From contig NC_133618.1 in assembly GCF_048593235.1 (NCBI RefSeq), positions 612,144,889 to 612,208,888 on the forward strand: a stretch of DNA of 64,000 nucleotides, given 5' to 3'. Positions 11,340 to 23,599 of this stretch are shown piece after piece. Numbering within the stretch: position 1 is the stretch's first letter; every line of letters starts with the position of its first letter. The position numbers were made by a program, and so were the translations under genes. The DNA is from Sminthopsis crassicaudata. Taxonomy: Eukaryota. The notes under the pieces were generated by a model. The model was not told the DNA's origin. It was given only the letters and a program-made list of their open reading frames with translations, and made no database searches.

Positions 11340-11517
11340 GATTGCACTTATATTTTGGCTGCTATGTGCCAATCAAGCACTTTACAAATACTATCTCATT
11401 TGATCCTCATAGAATATAGAAGTCACTGTTATTCTCATTTTATAACTGAGGAAAATAGAGTTGAAGTTACTTGCCCAAAGACAACATTAATGTGTGAGGC
11501 TGGATTTGAACTCAGTC
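11340..11517 (-). mobile_element. MIR SINE
   Basis: AAGCACTTTACAAATACTATCTCATTTGATCCTCA...GAGGCTGGATTTGAACTCAG. Confidence 0.7.
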
Positions 11518-11800
11518 TTACTGATTGTTTGTCCTTTGTTTTCAAAAAGGACCATGACAGGGAGAAGGGGGTGCTATCACATACAAATGAATTAGATTTA
11601 AGTGAGGGAGGACTATACAAGGTCATCTGCCTGACTCACTTTCTCCTCCAGGCTATCTGTGTCCAGTGGCAAAATATAGGTCAGGATGACTGGAAATAGT
11701 GCTGGATGAAATGGGAACCCTTGGCCTTTTTTAAGGTCTTCATTAGGACTCAGTTTGACTGAGGCTGCCCATTCAGTGATTGAGGCTAGAAAGCAATTGA
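11518..11800 (-). mobile_element. RTE-tailed marsupial SINE (WALLSI/RTESINE class)
   Basis: TTGTTTGTCCTTTGTTTTCAAAAAGGACCATGAC is the antisense RTE-type 3' end; the same tail occurs in sense near 40790-40850. Confidence 0.75.
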
Positions 11801-13675
11801 GGCAGATTTAGTGATCTACCTGATACCACCCTTCTTGCCTTTGGCAAGAAAATCCAACTCTAACTGTATATAAAATAAAATAAAAATTTCTCCTTCCTAA
11901 AAGGGTCATTGAGGTCCCTTCTGCCTCCAAATGTGATGACCCCATGAACAAGAATCCATGATTTCTGCTTCTATCAGTACTCCATGCAGATCCTAACCAC
12001 ACTATGCTTTGGTCAATGGTCTTTGAGAATCACTGTGGTCAATAAAGTCATGACTCAGAGGTCAGTTTCATGAAGAATCCAAACTCAGTTTGGTAGATTT
12101 TTGTATAAGAAAACCAAGATTAGGAGGAGATTTTTTCATGCTTGCACAACTGGTAGGTGCCTGAAATGGGATTTTTAGCCACATTTCTTAACACAAGACT
12201 AGACATCAGAAATAAGTAGAAACTAAAGAAATCTAGCAATTATACCACTGGAGATGACAGCTGAAGTTGTGACAAGTCTTTAGATATTCAAAAAGAACAG
12301 TAAGAAAGTTAAGGATTGAGTTTTGCAATAGAGCATTCGCATAAAGAGAGGAAAAAATTGAGCAAAGGATAAAATTAATGATGGTGGTGGCGGTGATGAT
12401 AATGGTTCCTTAGGGATTCCCATTTCTAAATTCATCCCTAGCTGCCTATTCTTGGAGCTTTTATTTCTTTAGACAATAAGAGTGGAAGGCCAGACCTACT
12501 TGTAACTCATTTCTTCAGCTCAAAGGCATCAGATTACCAACTATTTGATTAAAAGGGAACTGGATCTTTGGGCCATTTCATACTCCAGAAAATCAACTTT
12601 ATCACCCTTTCTCTTGTAAAAATCAATCTTGTCTTTCCTTTAGTCTTCTTCCCTTCTGCTTTTAATCATGTCTCCCCTACACCAACAAAGCCATCTACTG
12701 CCTATGGCACATTACAATCTTGAAGTTAACCCTTCATCTGTTTCCTTCATGAATTAAATTGTTATATTGATTTATCCTTTAATAAAAATGTGTTGTTGGT
12801 AATCTTTAATCTTTTTAAAGCTAATTTCCTCTTTCATTAATCTGCAGCAAGCTCCCTCTCTATGACTACATGAACGACAACCTGTTAAAATGAGAACAAA
12901 ACCATATTTGCACTCAGTTGGCCTGAAAATTATTTTCCCAACCTGCTTGGGATTCCATTAGGGGGCTTTTGACACATTGGACAATTTCTGTCTCAAAAAA
13001 TGCTTTGGGCAAAATTTGATGATGGGACCCTCATTTCTTCTTAGAATCCGAGAATCCAAATGGAAAGAATAATTTGTCTCTGATTCAGAAAATAAGACTC
13101 CACCAAAGTCCTTCTTTATAGAAGAAGAGAACCAAAAGCAATGGAGTACAGTCTAATCTTCCAGTGGAGCAGTGATCTCAATGTTCTTTCCAGGGATGCA
13201 ACTCATCACCAATTTACACTCATATTCTGGGCTTTTAACCAAGTTCCCCCAAAATTTCATTATAATTTTTCCTCAAATTTTCTTGACATGGAACTGTATA
13301 TCCATAGAGAGCCAAGGTTGTTCATCTTTCATACACTTTACATAAGTCCATTCTTTTTTTTCTTCTAAATGTGTGCTTTTCTCTGATAAGGTTCTTTATA
13401 TCATTTCTCATCATTCCCTTTAATAAATCTGCAGCATGTGGGTTATGATTACTTTTTTCCATCTTTACTGCTCTTTGGATGATCCTCAATTTCAATTCTC
13501 CAGAGAATGAAATATTCTATGAGTCACAGTCACAAAATATCCTTTGAAGAGTGATATTATAAGATGGGATTCTGCTTTGAGAAGAAGTTCAGGTTCAATA
13601 AAGAATTATACAATTTTTCACAAGTAATCCAGTCCTCTTTCTTCTTCTGTTCAATTATGGACCCAGCTCATTTTT

Positions 13676-13859
13676 NNNNNNNNNNNNNNNNNNNNNNNNN
13701 NNNNNNNNNNNNNNNNNNNNNNNNNNNNNNNNNNNNNNNNNNNNNNNNNNNNNNNNNNNNNNNNNNNNNNNNNNNNNNNNNNNNNNNNNNNNNNNNNNNN
13801 NNNNNNNNNNNNNNNNNNNNNNNNNNNNNNNNNNNNNNNNNNNNNNNNNNNNNNNNNNN
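13676..13859. other. Assembly gap (184 N)
   Basis: Run of N. Confidence 1.
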
Positions 13860-13959
13860 TTTAATCCCAATGTGTATTGTAATCTAGACAATAAGCATTT
13901 CTCATGCACTTGTTTTTTTTTTCTTTATGAATTGCTGTCCAGCTATTTTAATCATAGTC

Positions 13960-14172
13960 AGTTCTTCATGAGCCTATTTGAGGTTTTCTTGACAAAAATG
14001 CTAGAGCAGCTTGCCATTGCCAGCACACTGACAAATGAGAAAACTGAGGCAAAAAGGGTTAAGTGATTTGCCCAGGATTTCACAGTTAATAAGCATCTAA
14101 GGCCAGATATGAACTCAGAAAGATAAGTCTTCCTTACCCCAAGCCCACCACTCTCTCCACGGTGCCCCCCAG
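13960..14172 (-). mobile_element. Mar1/MIR SINE
   Basis: ACAAATGAGAAAACTGAGGC...GTTAAGTGATTTGCCCAGG...GAACTCAGAAAGATAAGTCTTCC. Confidence 0.7.
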
Positions 14173-14949
14173 ATGCCATATATGCTTTATGTGAATATGT
14201 GTTTATATGTATATGTATGTGTTTGTGTATGTGTGTCTACCCTGTATCAATCGTCAGAACAAATTCTTTAGAGTGACTATGGACTTCACCTAAGAAGATG
14301 TCAATTCTAGGATTTAACATAACCAGTACAACATATGCAAACAGAAGCACTCAGAGAAAAACAGGAACTATAGCAAATCTCTCTTCAACTTAGATTTTGC
14401 CCTGGATATTCTGCATGATAATGGTAAAAACCACTTTTTGAGATTCATATGTCTCTATGTTTTATGCCTCCTTTTGTTAAAAAGTCTTGACTTTTTTATT
14501 TATATATATATATGATAAATTATTTATGTAATATATAAATAAAATATATTTTTATTTAAGTCTTGGCTTAAATAAGTCAAACCAAATTATTTACCTCTTT
14601 TAACTGGACCTTTAAAGGAATCCTGTAGGATTTTGACATCCATAAGCCTCAGGAGAAGGAACCAGAAGTAATGTGAGCATAAGTGAACTGCCATTCCAAG
14701 CCCAGACTTTATGTGGCCATATGTTAACACATACACAGAAAATGACATTTAGGAAGAAGACGTTAAAGCAGAAGCTTAATTCTGCTAAATCAAAAGCAGT
14801 TTAATAGTTAACTTATGTGATTTTAAATTCTATAGACCTTTCAATAAGTTGTGTATTTGTAAATAGGGGGTGCACTGTAGAATATCACTTGCAAAAGCTT
14901 CTCATTCTTTTCTAAGACCCTCATTAAATAGGTCTTCAAAGTTGTGTAC

Positions 14950-15520
14950 AGCTTGGAAAAAAGAAACAGGTGTTAGGAATCACTGACAGTCCCTCCTTCT
15001 GTTTTTTGGTAGTAATAACTTGTGAGATTTCCCCCTACACCTTTGATATACTCTTCTCTTTCACATTCCTTGGAAATCTCTCCCTCTCAATGACCTCCAA
15101 CTGTGTGTGTTGCCTCTGGCATAGACCTCCTTCAACTCTGTATGCTTGGTCTAAACCAGATGCTTTTTAAATTTTTTATCCTGTATTTCCTTCAGTATCA
15201 TTTCCATGTCCTTGAACACATCCAGGCTTAAATACCAAAGTCCAAATGATTAATGGTCCTTGATGGGGAAAAATATATTTTTGTAAACATTTTTATAGGT
15301 TTTTTTCCTCATCTGTTTGCTGTCCTCTTCCCAATTTCATCCTTAAATGCCCTCAGGAATATTTTGCTTAGCTATCTTGAAACTTTTTCCTCTGCTGTAT
15401 CTTGCTGTCTTTGTCAAGGTGTTCATTATTTCCCAGTATCCTTCAATTGAATGATTTCATGAAGGAGTTTATATTTGTAAGGGGAGTTGATCAGAAGAAT
15501 CCTTGATCAATTTGATGAGT
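14950..15520 (-). mobile_element. Old L1 fragment (ORF1/5' region), tentative
   Basis: Pyrimidine-rich degenerate sequence resembling antisense L1 ORF1; no readable peptide. Confidence 0.35.
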
Positions 15521-15543
15521 TTTTTAATTAACTTGAGAGTACA

Positions 15544-15709
15544 GGGGCATCTAGGTGGTGCAGTGGATAGAAAGCACCAGCCCTGGAGTCAGGAGGACCT
15601 GAGTTCAAATGTGGTCTCAGACACTTAACACTTCCTAGCTGTGTGACCCTGAGCAAATCACTTAACCCCAGTTGCCTCAGCAAAAAACAAAAAACAAACA
15701 ACAAAAAAA
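15544..15709 (+). mobile_element. WSINE1 SINE, full length
   Basis: GGGGCATCTAGGTGGTGCAGTGG (A box), GAGTTCAAAT (B box), A-rich tail, TSD GAGAGTACA at 15535-15543 and 15710-15718. Confidence 0.95.
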
Positions 15710-15868
15710 GAGAGTACAAGGGATAGGCTTCTGTTTCCACTCACAGCTAGCCATAGAATCTTAGAAACCTACTCACTTTTCAGAGTTGTCTGTGGTCTAC
15801 ACCGTAGGAGGCAGACTGCTTACTCTCAGTTTTGATGCTTTTCTCAGGTCTGAGGACTAGATCTAGAG

Positions 15869-16361
15869 AAGGGGCTCTTATCCATGAGTCCCCAGACCCC
15901 TGGATAGATTTCAGGTTGTCCACAAACTTGGATAGGAAAAAAAAAAATCTTTGTTTTTACTGAACTTTCAATGAAAATTAGCAACTAGGTGGCACAATGG
16001 ATAGATAGAATGTCAAATTTGGAGTCAGAAATACTCATCTTCTTGAGTTCAAATACAGCCTCAGACACTTACTAGCTGTGTGATCCTGGGCAAATCATTT
16101 AACCCTATTTGCCTCAGTTTCCTTATCTGTAAAATAAGCTAGAGAAGGAGATGACAAATCGCTCTAGTATCTCTGCTTACAAAAAAAAAATTCCAAATAG
16201 GGTCACAAAGAATCAGACATAACTGAAAAACTACCAAATTAAACAATAAAATTTAGCATTTCATTGGATTATAAATTTAGAAAAAACTTAGGAGGGGGCC
16301 ATAGGCTTCACAAGAATCCTAAGAAGTCCATGGCATCCCCCCAAAAACTTAAGAATTCCCA
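15869..16361. mobile_element. hAT-Charlie-type MITE interrupted by Mar1
   Basis: Termini AAGGGGCTCTTATCC / ACTTAAGAATTCCCA; 8-bp flanks ATCTAGAG / ATCTAGAA fit the Charlie NTCTAGAN target. Confidence 0.7.
15981..16243 (+). mobile_element. Mar1 SINE nested in the MITE
   Basis: GCAACTAGGTGGCACAATGG...GAGTTCAAAT...GGGTCACAAAGAATCAGACATAACTGAA. Confidence 0.85.
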
Positions 16362-17021
16362 ATCTAGAATCATAGAAGGGGTTTTTGCTTGTCATCCCTG
16401 GGAGCCTTACTTTTAACCTATTAAAAACCATCTAGTAAAGTGTTCTCTTCTCAGCACCTGATCCAAGAGTTCTGTGTTCAAAAAGGAGAGCCTGGTATAA
16501 TAGGGGAAAAATGCTAGAGCAGAAATCAGGTCTTTCCTTTGCCACCAACCTACTAGTGACCTTCTATAAAGAACATCCCATCTTTGAACCTTAATTCCAT
16601 CAACTATAATATAAGAAAAGTTGAGCCTGAGTTTTCTTAAATCATTTTCAACTATGGGTCCAATAAGTAGTTTTAAATTACTAATTGGTAGTTGTGTGAC
16701 CCTGCTTTATATGTCTCACATATTATGAATTATTATAATTATTATTTTATTAATTGTATCTGTATTCTTATTATTAATTGGGATCTATTCCAAGGTGTAA
16801 ACTGCCCATCTTCCTTGCCCCATTTTCTCTTTCACCTAATATATTTTTGAAAAGATGCTAATTAAAGCTATAATTCAATTATTTTAAAGTTCTAACCCAG
16901 TTTGTTAAAGCAAATTTTCTTTGGTAAATGTTTTCACATAGTAAAGAAGGGGTCCTTAATTTTGATATTTTTATAATACTCAAGTTTTTACACAGTGAGA
17001 TTATTTTAAAATGAAACATAA

Positions 17022-17652
17022 CCAGCAAGAAACTGGAAACTGAGAGGATGTCCATTAGTTGGAAAATGGCTGAATAAGTTATGGTATGTGAATGTTATGG
17101 AATATTATTATTCTATAAGAAATAATTAGCAGGATGATTTTAGAGAGACCTGGAGAGACTTATATGAACTGATGCTAAGTGAAATGAGCAGAACCAGCTT
17201 ATCACACATGGCGACAACAAGATTATATGCTGATCAACTCTGATGGATGTGGCTCTACTCAACAATGAGAATATTTAGGCCGCTTCCAATGATCTTGTGA
17301 TGATGAGAACCATTTTCACCCAAAGAGAGAGGACGTGAGAACTGAGAGTGGATCATCACATAACATTCTCACTCTTTTATGTTGTTGTTTGCTTGCATTT
17401 TATTTTCTTTCTCATTTTTTCTGGTTTGATTTGATTTTTCTTGTGCAGAAAGATAATTATATAAATATCTATGCATACTTTGGATTTAACATGTATTTCT
17501 ACTATGTTTAACATATATTGGATTACTTGTCATCTGGGAGTGGGGGTGAGGGAAGAGGGGAAATTAGAACACAAGGTTTTGCAAGGGTTAATGTAGAAAA
17601 ATTATCCATGCATATGTTTAAAAGACAAAAAGCTTTATTAAAAAAATAAAAT
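17022..17652 (+). mobile_element. L1 3' end (ORF2 C-terminus plus 3'UTR)
   Basis: GCAAGAAACTGGAAACTGAGAGGATGTCC...GAACTGATGCTAAGTGAAATGAGCAG...A-rich tail. Confidence 0.9.
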
Positions 17653-18689
17653 GAAACACAATCATTTTGTCCCATTTGAATAACTGACAGAAAATTACCT
17701 CCTTGAGAATGAGAAAAATTTTCATTTTTATCTTTATATCTCAGGTGCCTACATAGCAGAATACCTGTCACATATTCAATAAGTAATATAATAAATTAAT
17801 AATTAATAAATAAAATAAATATTAATAAATATTTAGTAAATGTTTGTTAAAATAAACCTGCAGATTAGAATGCTTATTCTGAAGCACCTATAAACTATGT
17901 TGCAACAATATTTTCAGGGTACCATGTAAAAATTATAGTAACTACTTAAAAGTTGGGTCCTTCAGAATTATTTACTCTTCTTTGTTCCTCATTTTTTTAT
18001 TTTTCATGATTCACATGATTTCACTTCCTTGGATCTTTGTATATCATTACTATGGCTTCTCTACCCCATACCCCCATATAATGGGGTCTCTACAACAATA
18101 ATGGGATGAACCAATCAATAATTAGGCTATAACTTCAACCAGTAACAGAGCCCAAGAACTGGATCTGGTAGGCCCAATGAAGTTGTGGCAATTAATCAGT
18201 GCATTGGTACCCAGTAGCCAGTCATAAAATAAAAATTAAAAAAAAAATTAAATAAAATTTAAAAGTCTAGAGTCATAAAATAAAGACACCAAGTTTCAAG
18301 ATACAACTCCCAGAAATGGAAACCAAACTGCAACAGGTTGAATATTGAGAAAGATGGAAAATAGGGTGGTAGATGAGAGACAGCATAGAGGGAGAAGCAT
18401 GTGGAAGGAGTATCAAAACAAATCTGAAGAAGCTCTACTAGAACCATGAACCTTTGAGGGACTTGATCTTTTCCTTCTTTGAAGGATAACAATAGCCTAT
18501 TACTGGGCTCTCCTGGTAATGACTCTAGAAGACAGGTATAGGGAACTTATTAGGAGTCTATACCTAAACTGATACAATCAGGAGACTGGGGAAGCAAGAA
18601 ATCTGACCCTACACTATATTGTATACTAGAATGCTGATCCAACAGTAAATGGCTGGGTTTAGAATCATATGGCTTGCTTGAGTCAGTTA

Positions 18690-18925
18690 GGATAGTTGAT
18701 AGAGTACATAGAGCACTTGATCTAGAATCAGGAAGAACTATATTCAGACTCCTGCTCCTAACTGTGTGATCTTCATGTACCTAAATTTCCACAATTGTAA
18801 AATGAAGATAATAATAGCACCTGCCTTCTAGGGCTATTGCAAATATTAAATAATGTATTTGTAAAGCACTTAGCATAATGCCTGACAAATAATAGGGACT
18901 TAAGAAATGCTTGTTTCCTTCCTAG
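18690..18925 (+). mobile_element. MIR SINE
   Basis: GTAAAATGAAGATAATAATAGCACC...GTAAAGCACTTAGCATAATGCCTGAC...AAATGCTTGTTTCCTTCC. Confidence 0.75.
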
Positions 18926-19149
18926 CTCTGCTATTTATATTCTTTGTAATTTAAGGCAAGTCACATAGCCTCAATGGGCCATCTGTAAAATTGGATTAGA
19001 TGGCTTCTAAAGGCGCATTATCCTATGGCCTGCAACTCTTCAGGATGCATGCATCTCTCCCTAGAGCTCTTCTTCATTAGCTTTCCTCTCACTTCTGCTT
19101 CCAAGAGAACTCTCTCTGCCCTACTTTTGCTTTGATTCTCCTCTTATAT

Positions 19150-20310
19150 TAGGGATTTTTTTGATGCAACTTATGCTCTTATTTTTTAGTTATATTTATA
19201 CTAGATATCCTTTAATGCAATTTATTTTTTTAATCATTTTAGGGATCTCTTGGGGCAATTTATGTTTTCACAGTTTTTATCATATTTATACTAGAGATCC
19301 CTTAATGTAACCTATATTTTATTGCATTATCCTTTAGCATTTTTATTTTTGTTTTTATTATATTATTTTTATTCTATTTATACTAGGGGTCTCTTGGTAC
19401 AATTTATGTTTTCATTTTTATATCAGGTAGATGTGGTTCTTTTCAACAATGAAGTGATTTAGGCCAATTCCAATAGACTTGTGATAGAGAGAGCCATCTG
19501 ATCCAGAAAGAGGATTGTAGGGACTGAATGTGGATCACAACATAGTATTTTCACCTTTTTTTGTTGTTTGCTTGCTTTTTTTCTTTCTCATTTTTTCCCT
19601 TTTTGATCTGATTTTTCTTGTGCAACATAATAAATGTGGAAATATATATAGAAGAATAGCACATGCTTAACATATATGGAATTATTTGCTGTCTAGGGGA
19701 AGGGGATGGGGGAAAGGAGGGAAAAAATTTGGAGCACAAGGTTTTGCAAAGGTGAATGTTGAAAACTATCTTTGCATGTATATTGAAAATAGAAAGCTAT
19801 TAGTAAAAATAATTATATCAGAGATCTCTTGGTATAATTTATGTTTTCACTATCTTTATCACATTTACATTAGGAATCTTTGATGCAACTCATGTTTTTT
19901 ATTATATTTATACTAAATATCTCATGGTACAATTTATGTTTTTATTATTTTTATTATATTTATACTACTGATCTTTTGGTGCAATTTATATTTTTATTAT
20001 TTTTAAAGCAGGATCTCTTGGTGCAATTTTGGGGTTGGGTTTTTTGTTATATTTATACTACAAATCTCAGTGTAATTTATGTTTTTGTTATTTTTTATAC
20101 TAGAGATTCCTTGATGCAATTTATGGCGTTTTTTTGTTACCTTTATACTAGGAATTTCTTGGTGTAATCTATGTTTTTATTATTTTTATACCAGGGATCT
20201 CTTGGTGCAACTAATGTCCTTATTACATTTATTCTAGATAACTCTTGGAACAATTTATGTTTTCATTATTTTTAATATATTTATATTAGGAATCTCATGG
20301 TACAATTTAT
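19150..20310. repeat. Diverged minisatellite, about 45-bp unit, about 16-17 copies
   Basis: Recurring TATTTATACTAGGGATCTCTTGGTGCAATTTATGTTTT variants on both sides of an L1 insertion. Confidence 0.85.
19427..19812 (+). mobile_element. L1 3'UTR inserted into the minisatellite
   Basis: L1 3'UTR sequence; TSD TTATATCAG at 19418-19426 and 19813-19821. Confidence 0.9.
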
Positions 20311-20734
20311 ATTATTTTTTTATGTTTGAATCCTGGCTCTGCAATTTACTATGTGACTTCAGCAAATCATTTAAATGTCTAGAGGCTTCTATTTGCTTAT
20401 TTATAAAATGGGTGTGGAGAGGTTAGTCTAGATAATAAGATGATAAAGAAATACATTCTAAATCTATAATCCTCACACCCCAGAAGTCTCCATTTTCTAT
20501 GCCAATTCTTTGGGTCTTAAAGCAAATTACAAATAACACCCTTCTATGAACTTTTCTTAGGTTAAAGACAGTCCTCCCCTATCATATGTATGTTTGTCTA
20601 TGTTCCTTATAGCCAAGTAAAGCACATGAACTTGAATAACTGTCCCAATTAATCTTCCTTTTATAACTGTCCACTTTTGAAGCTTGGCAGGCCTTTTAAC
20701 ATTGGAGTCCCTTTCCACAAAATAATAAAACCTC

Positions 20735-20808
20735 TGCCCAATTTTGTGTCACTAACAAACTTGATGAGCATGTTTTCTATTTCATTATGCCAAATATTAA
20801 TAAAAACG
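20735..20808 (-). mobile_element. CR1/L3 reverse transcriptase relic
   Basis: Translates to VFINIWHNEIENMLIKFVSDTKLG, like the CR1 motif FINDL...LIKFADDTKLGG. Confidence 0.7.
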
Positions 20809-20939
20809 TCACAGCGATTGGCTCCAATCCGAGCAGCAGGGATTATACGCATAATGAGAAAGTCCTTTGCTCTCAGAGATAAATAGTCAAGAGGAGCAGG
20901 ACCAGTCAGTCCTTGCCAAAACTGTGAAGCAAGTGGAGT

Positions 20940-21135
20940 TCATTCATCCAACCATCATTTGTTAAATACCCACAATGCACCACAATCAGGTTCCCCTTGT
21001 CAAGGCAATTCAATCCCACTTTACAAGCATTTAGTGAGTGTCTATCATATGTAAGATCTTGGGCAAGACCCTAGAAATACAAAGACAAAAGTGAAATAGT
21101 TTTTGCTATTAAGGGGATTATTTTCTACTGGAAAA
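20940..21135 (-). mobile_element. L2 3' fragment(s)
   Basis: TCATTCATCCAACCATCATTTGTTAAATACC; ACAAGCATTTAGTGAGTGTCTATCATATG...AATACAAAGACAAAAG. Confidence 0.6.
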
Positions 21136-21279
21136 TGGATTTCCATGTTGGTGATACTCCAGTAGTTATCCACCACATGAACAACTCTCCTTAGATTTTA
21201 CTTTAACTTTAGCAATGCAGCTAGGAAGAGTTTATCTCTTGGCTTAGTGCTCTCACTTATCTAGACAGTATCAGTTCCA

Positions 21280-21450
21280 GAAAGCATCATAGTACAATGG
21301 AAAGAGCTCTGACTCTCAAGTCAGAGGGCCGGACTTGGGTTGAATCCTGCTCCTTATGCTTCCTCCCTGTGATAAGGCAAACCTCAAAATGAAAAGTTTG
21401 GATTAGGTAGCCCTTGGGATCCCTTTAGACTCCACATCTATGATCTGATT
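21280..21450 (+). mobile_element. MIR3/Ther-2 SINE
   Basis: AGCATCATAGTACAATGGAAAGAGCTCTGAC...GATCCCTTTAGACTCCACATCTATGATC. Confidence 0.6.
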
Positions 21451-22239
21451 ATCCTTTTTCAGCTCTCTTAATCCTGGCAGAGCCATCATGGAAATAGGAT
21501 TGGATCAATAAAGCGAGAAGTAACCAAAATACAAATGGAAAATAAGTAGGTAGAGGCTGACAGCTGGGAAAGCAGTTTAGCAAAATACGTTTAATTGAAG
21601 AGGAAAGAACAAATCTTTGGAACCAAGCTGAGTTCCCAGCAGCAGGCAGTGCCCTCAAAGATCACAGTTTTTGGCAAGGCAATAAATAGTAAGGTCCTTA
21701 TATCCAAGCTGAAAGATTATCCAGATACTCAATGCCAAGCCAAACTCACAAACTGTTGCTTCTTCCTCTGAAAAAAAAAGAAAAAGAAATTCTGCAACAG
21801 AGTCTGGTTTTTAAAGCCTCAACAGGTCTCTATCTCATTCAAACTTGGAGGATGGAGTCTCCGTCTTCACCCCAGAAACAGAGTATCTTCCCCAGTTGGC
21901 TTCCCACACTCTACATGATGCTTCCTGCTAAGCCACAGTGGGCTGGAGCTGTTTGAGGAGTTGTAATCCCATGCCCACAGCTCCATCTGATCACACTTAC
22001 CTTCCAGTGACATAGGGCCCAGGACAGGGAATCTGTGAAAGCTTCTGAGAAATCTTTGTCTCTGATGTGGCCTTTATGAAGAACAGCAGTGGTAGAGTAA
22101 CAAGAACTATGACTGGTGATAATAATGGATATTATAATTACACCCTAGCTAATGTCCTAGGTCACCAGGATTGCAAAAAAAAGTTTCATAAGTGAAGAGA
22201 GATGAAAGAGTTTTTTTTTTAAGTGTTCTAATTCATTTT

Positions 22240-22850
22240 AATGGCAAACACTGACGCAAAGTGAAATAAGCAGAGCCAGAAGAACATCATACACAGTAAT
22301 AACATTGGTGATCAACAATATGATGATTAATATTGGTGACCAACTATGAATAATTCATTTCCTTTCTGTATTGCAATGATCGAAGACAATTCCAAAAGAT
22401 TCTTCTCCCCCCTCTCCCCCCCCTGAGGCTGGGGTTAAGTGACTTGCCCAGGGTCACACAGCTAGGAAGTATTAAGTGTCTGAGATCAGATTTGAACTCG
22501 GTCCTCCTGAATTCAGGGCTGGTGCTCTATCCACTGCGCCACCTAGCTGCCCCTCCAAAAGATTCTTGATGGAAAATGCTATCCACATCTAGAGAAAAAA
22601 CTGATGGAATCTGATTGCAGGTCAAAATATGTTATTTTCATTTTTTGTGTGTGCTTTTTTTCTTTGGAAAATTGTACTTTTAAAAAACATGACTAAAATA
22701 GAAATATATTTTACAGGACTGTACATATTTAACTTATATCACATTGCTTACTGTCTTAGGGAAGGAAAAGGAGGAGGGAAAGAGAAAGTTTATAACTCAA
22801 AATCTTATTTACATATAATTGAGAAAAATAAAATATTATTTTTTTAAAGA
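22240..22850 (+). mobile_element. Older L1 3' end, interrupted by WSINE1
   Basis: CAAAGTGAAATAAGCAGAGCCAGAAGAAC...GATGGAAAATGCTATCCACATCTAGAG. Confidence 0.8.
22405..22553 (-). mobile_element. WSINE1 SINE with a G-rich tail
   Basis: Full body; perfect 14-bp TSD TCCAAAAGATTCTT at 22391-22404 and 22554-22567. Confidence 0.95.
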
Positions 22851-23064
22851 GGTCTAACTGTGAAAAAAGGAAGGGACAGCTGGGAATAAGAGATAAAGGA
22901 AAGGAATATTTTATTTGGGGACCTGTGTCATGTATTATCTAATGTGCACTCATTTGATTTCTTAAATCTCATTTGCAGCAGTACCACTGATTGATAATGA
23001 AGTGGATATTACAAAGTGTCCTCATTTGGAGTTCCCTATGTGTACATCTATGTACATCTACATA

Positions 23065-23310
23065 TCAATCATGCAATCAAGTAACATTTATTAAGGACAT
23101 ATTATATGCTGGGCATTGTGCTAAGCCTGAGGATACAAAAGAGGCAAGATGAGTTAAATGTGTATGCTCATAGTATGTATTTATTATGTACATATTCAAT
23201 GTACATGCATATTGTATATGTGTGTGTGCACATACACTGTGTGTGCTGCTTGATGCTGCACAAAATGAAAAACACAACAATAACAAGTCTTTGCCCTCCA
23301 AGAGCTTACG
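23065..23310 (-). mobile_element. L2 3' fragment with an internal TA/TG-rich tract
   Basis: CAATCAAGTAACATTTATTAAGGACATATTATATGCTGGGCATTGTGCTAAGC. Confidence 0.6.
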
Positions 23311-23490
23311 TCATATTTGTTATCATCGTTCAGTTATTTCAGTCATGTCCAATTCTTTATGACCCCGTTTGGGGATTTCTTGACAGACACTAGAGTGATT
23401 TGCCATTTCCTTCTCTGGTCATTTTAAAGATTAGGAAATTGAGACAAACAGTGTTAAATGACTTGCCAAGATAGGACTGCACCACCTACC
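23311..23490 (-). mobile_element. Mar1 SINE
   Basis: TTTATGACCCCGTTTGGGGATTTCTTGAC...TTTGCCATTTCCTTCTCTGG. Confidence 0.75.
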
Positions 23491-23599
23491 TTCCCTTTAT
23501 ACTCTACTGCACATGTTTAAAGTGAATCAAAGCTCAATGTAAAATCTAATATTTCTATTCCCAAAATATATTGACTTTATAAAATTATTGAACTTAAGA

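Noticed and set aside
13564-13909. ORFs spanning N runs (also 57078-57444)
   Set aside because: Artefacts of assembly gaps
19150-20310. CRISPR-like repeat-spacer array
   Set aside because: Eukaryotic context, degenerate repeats, low-complexity T-rich linkers rather than unique spacers, no cas genes
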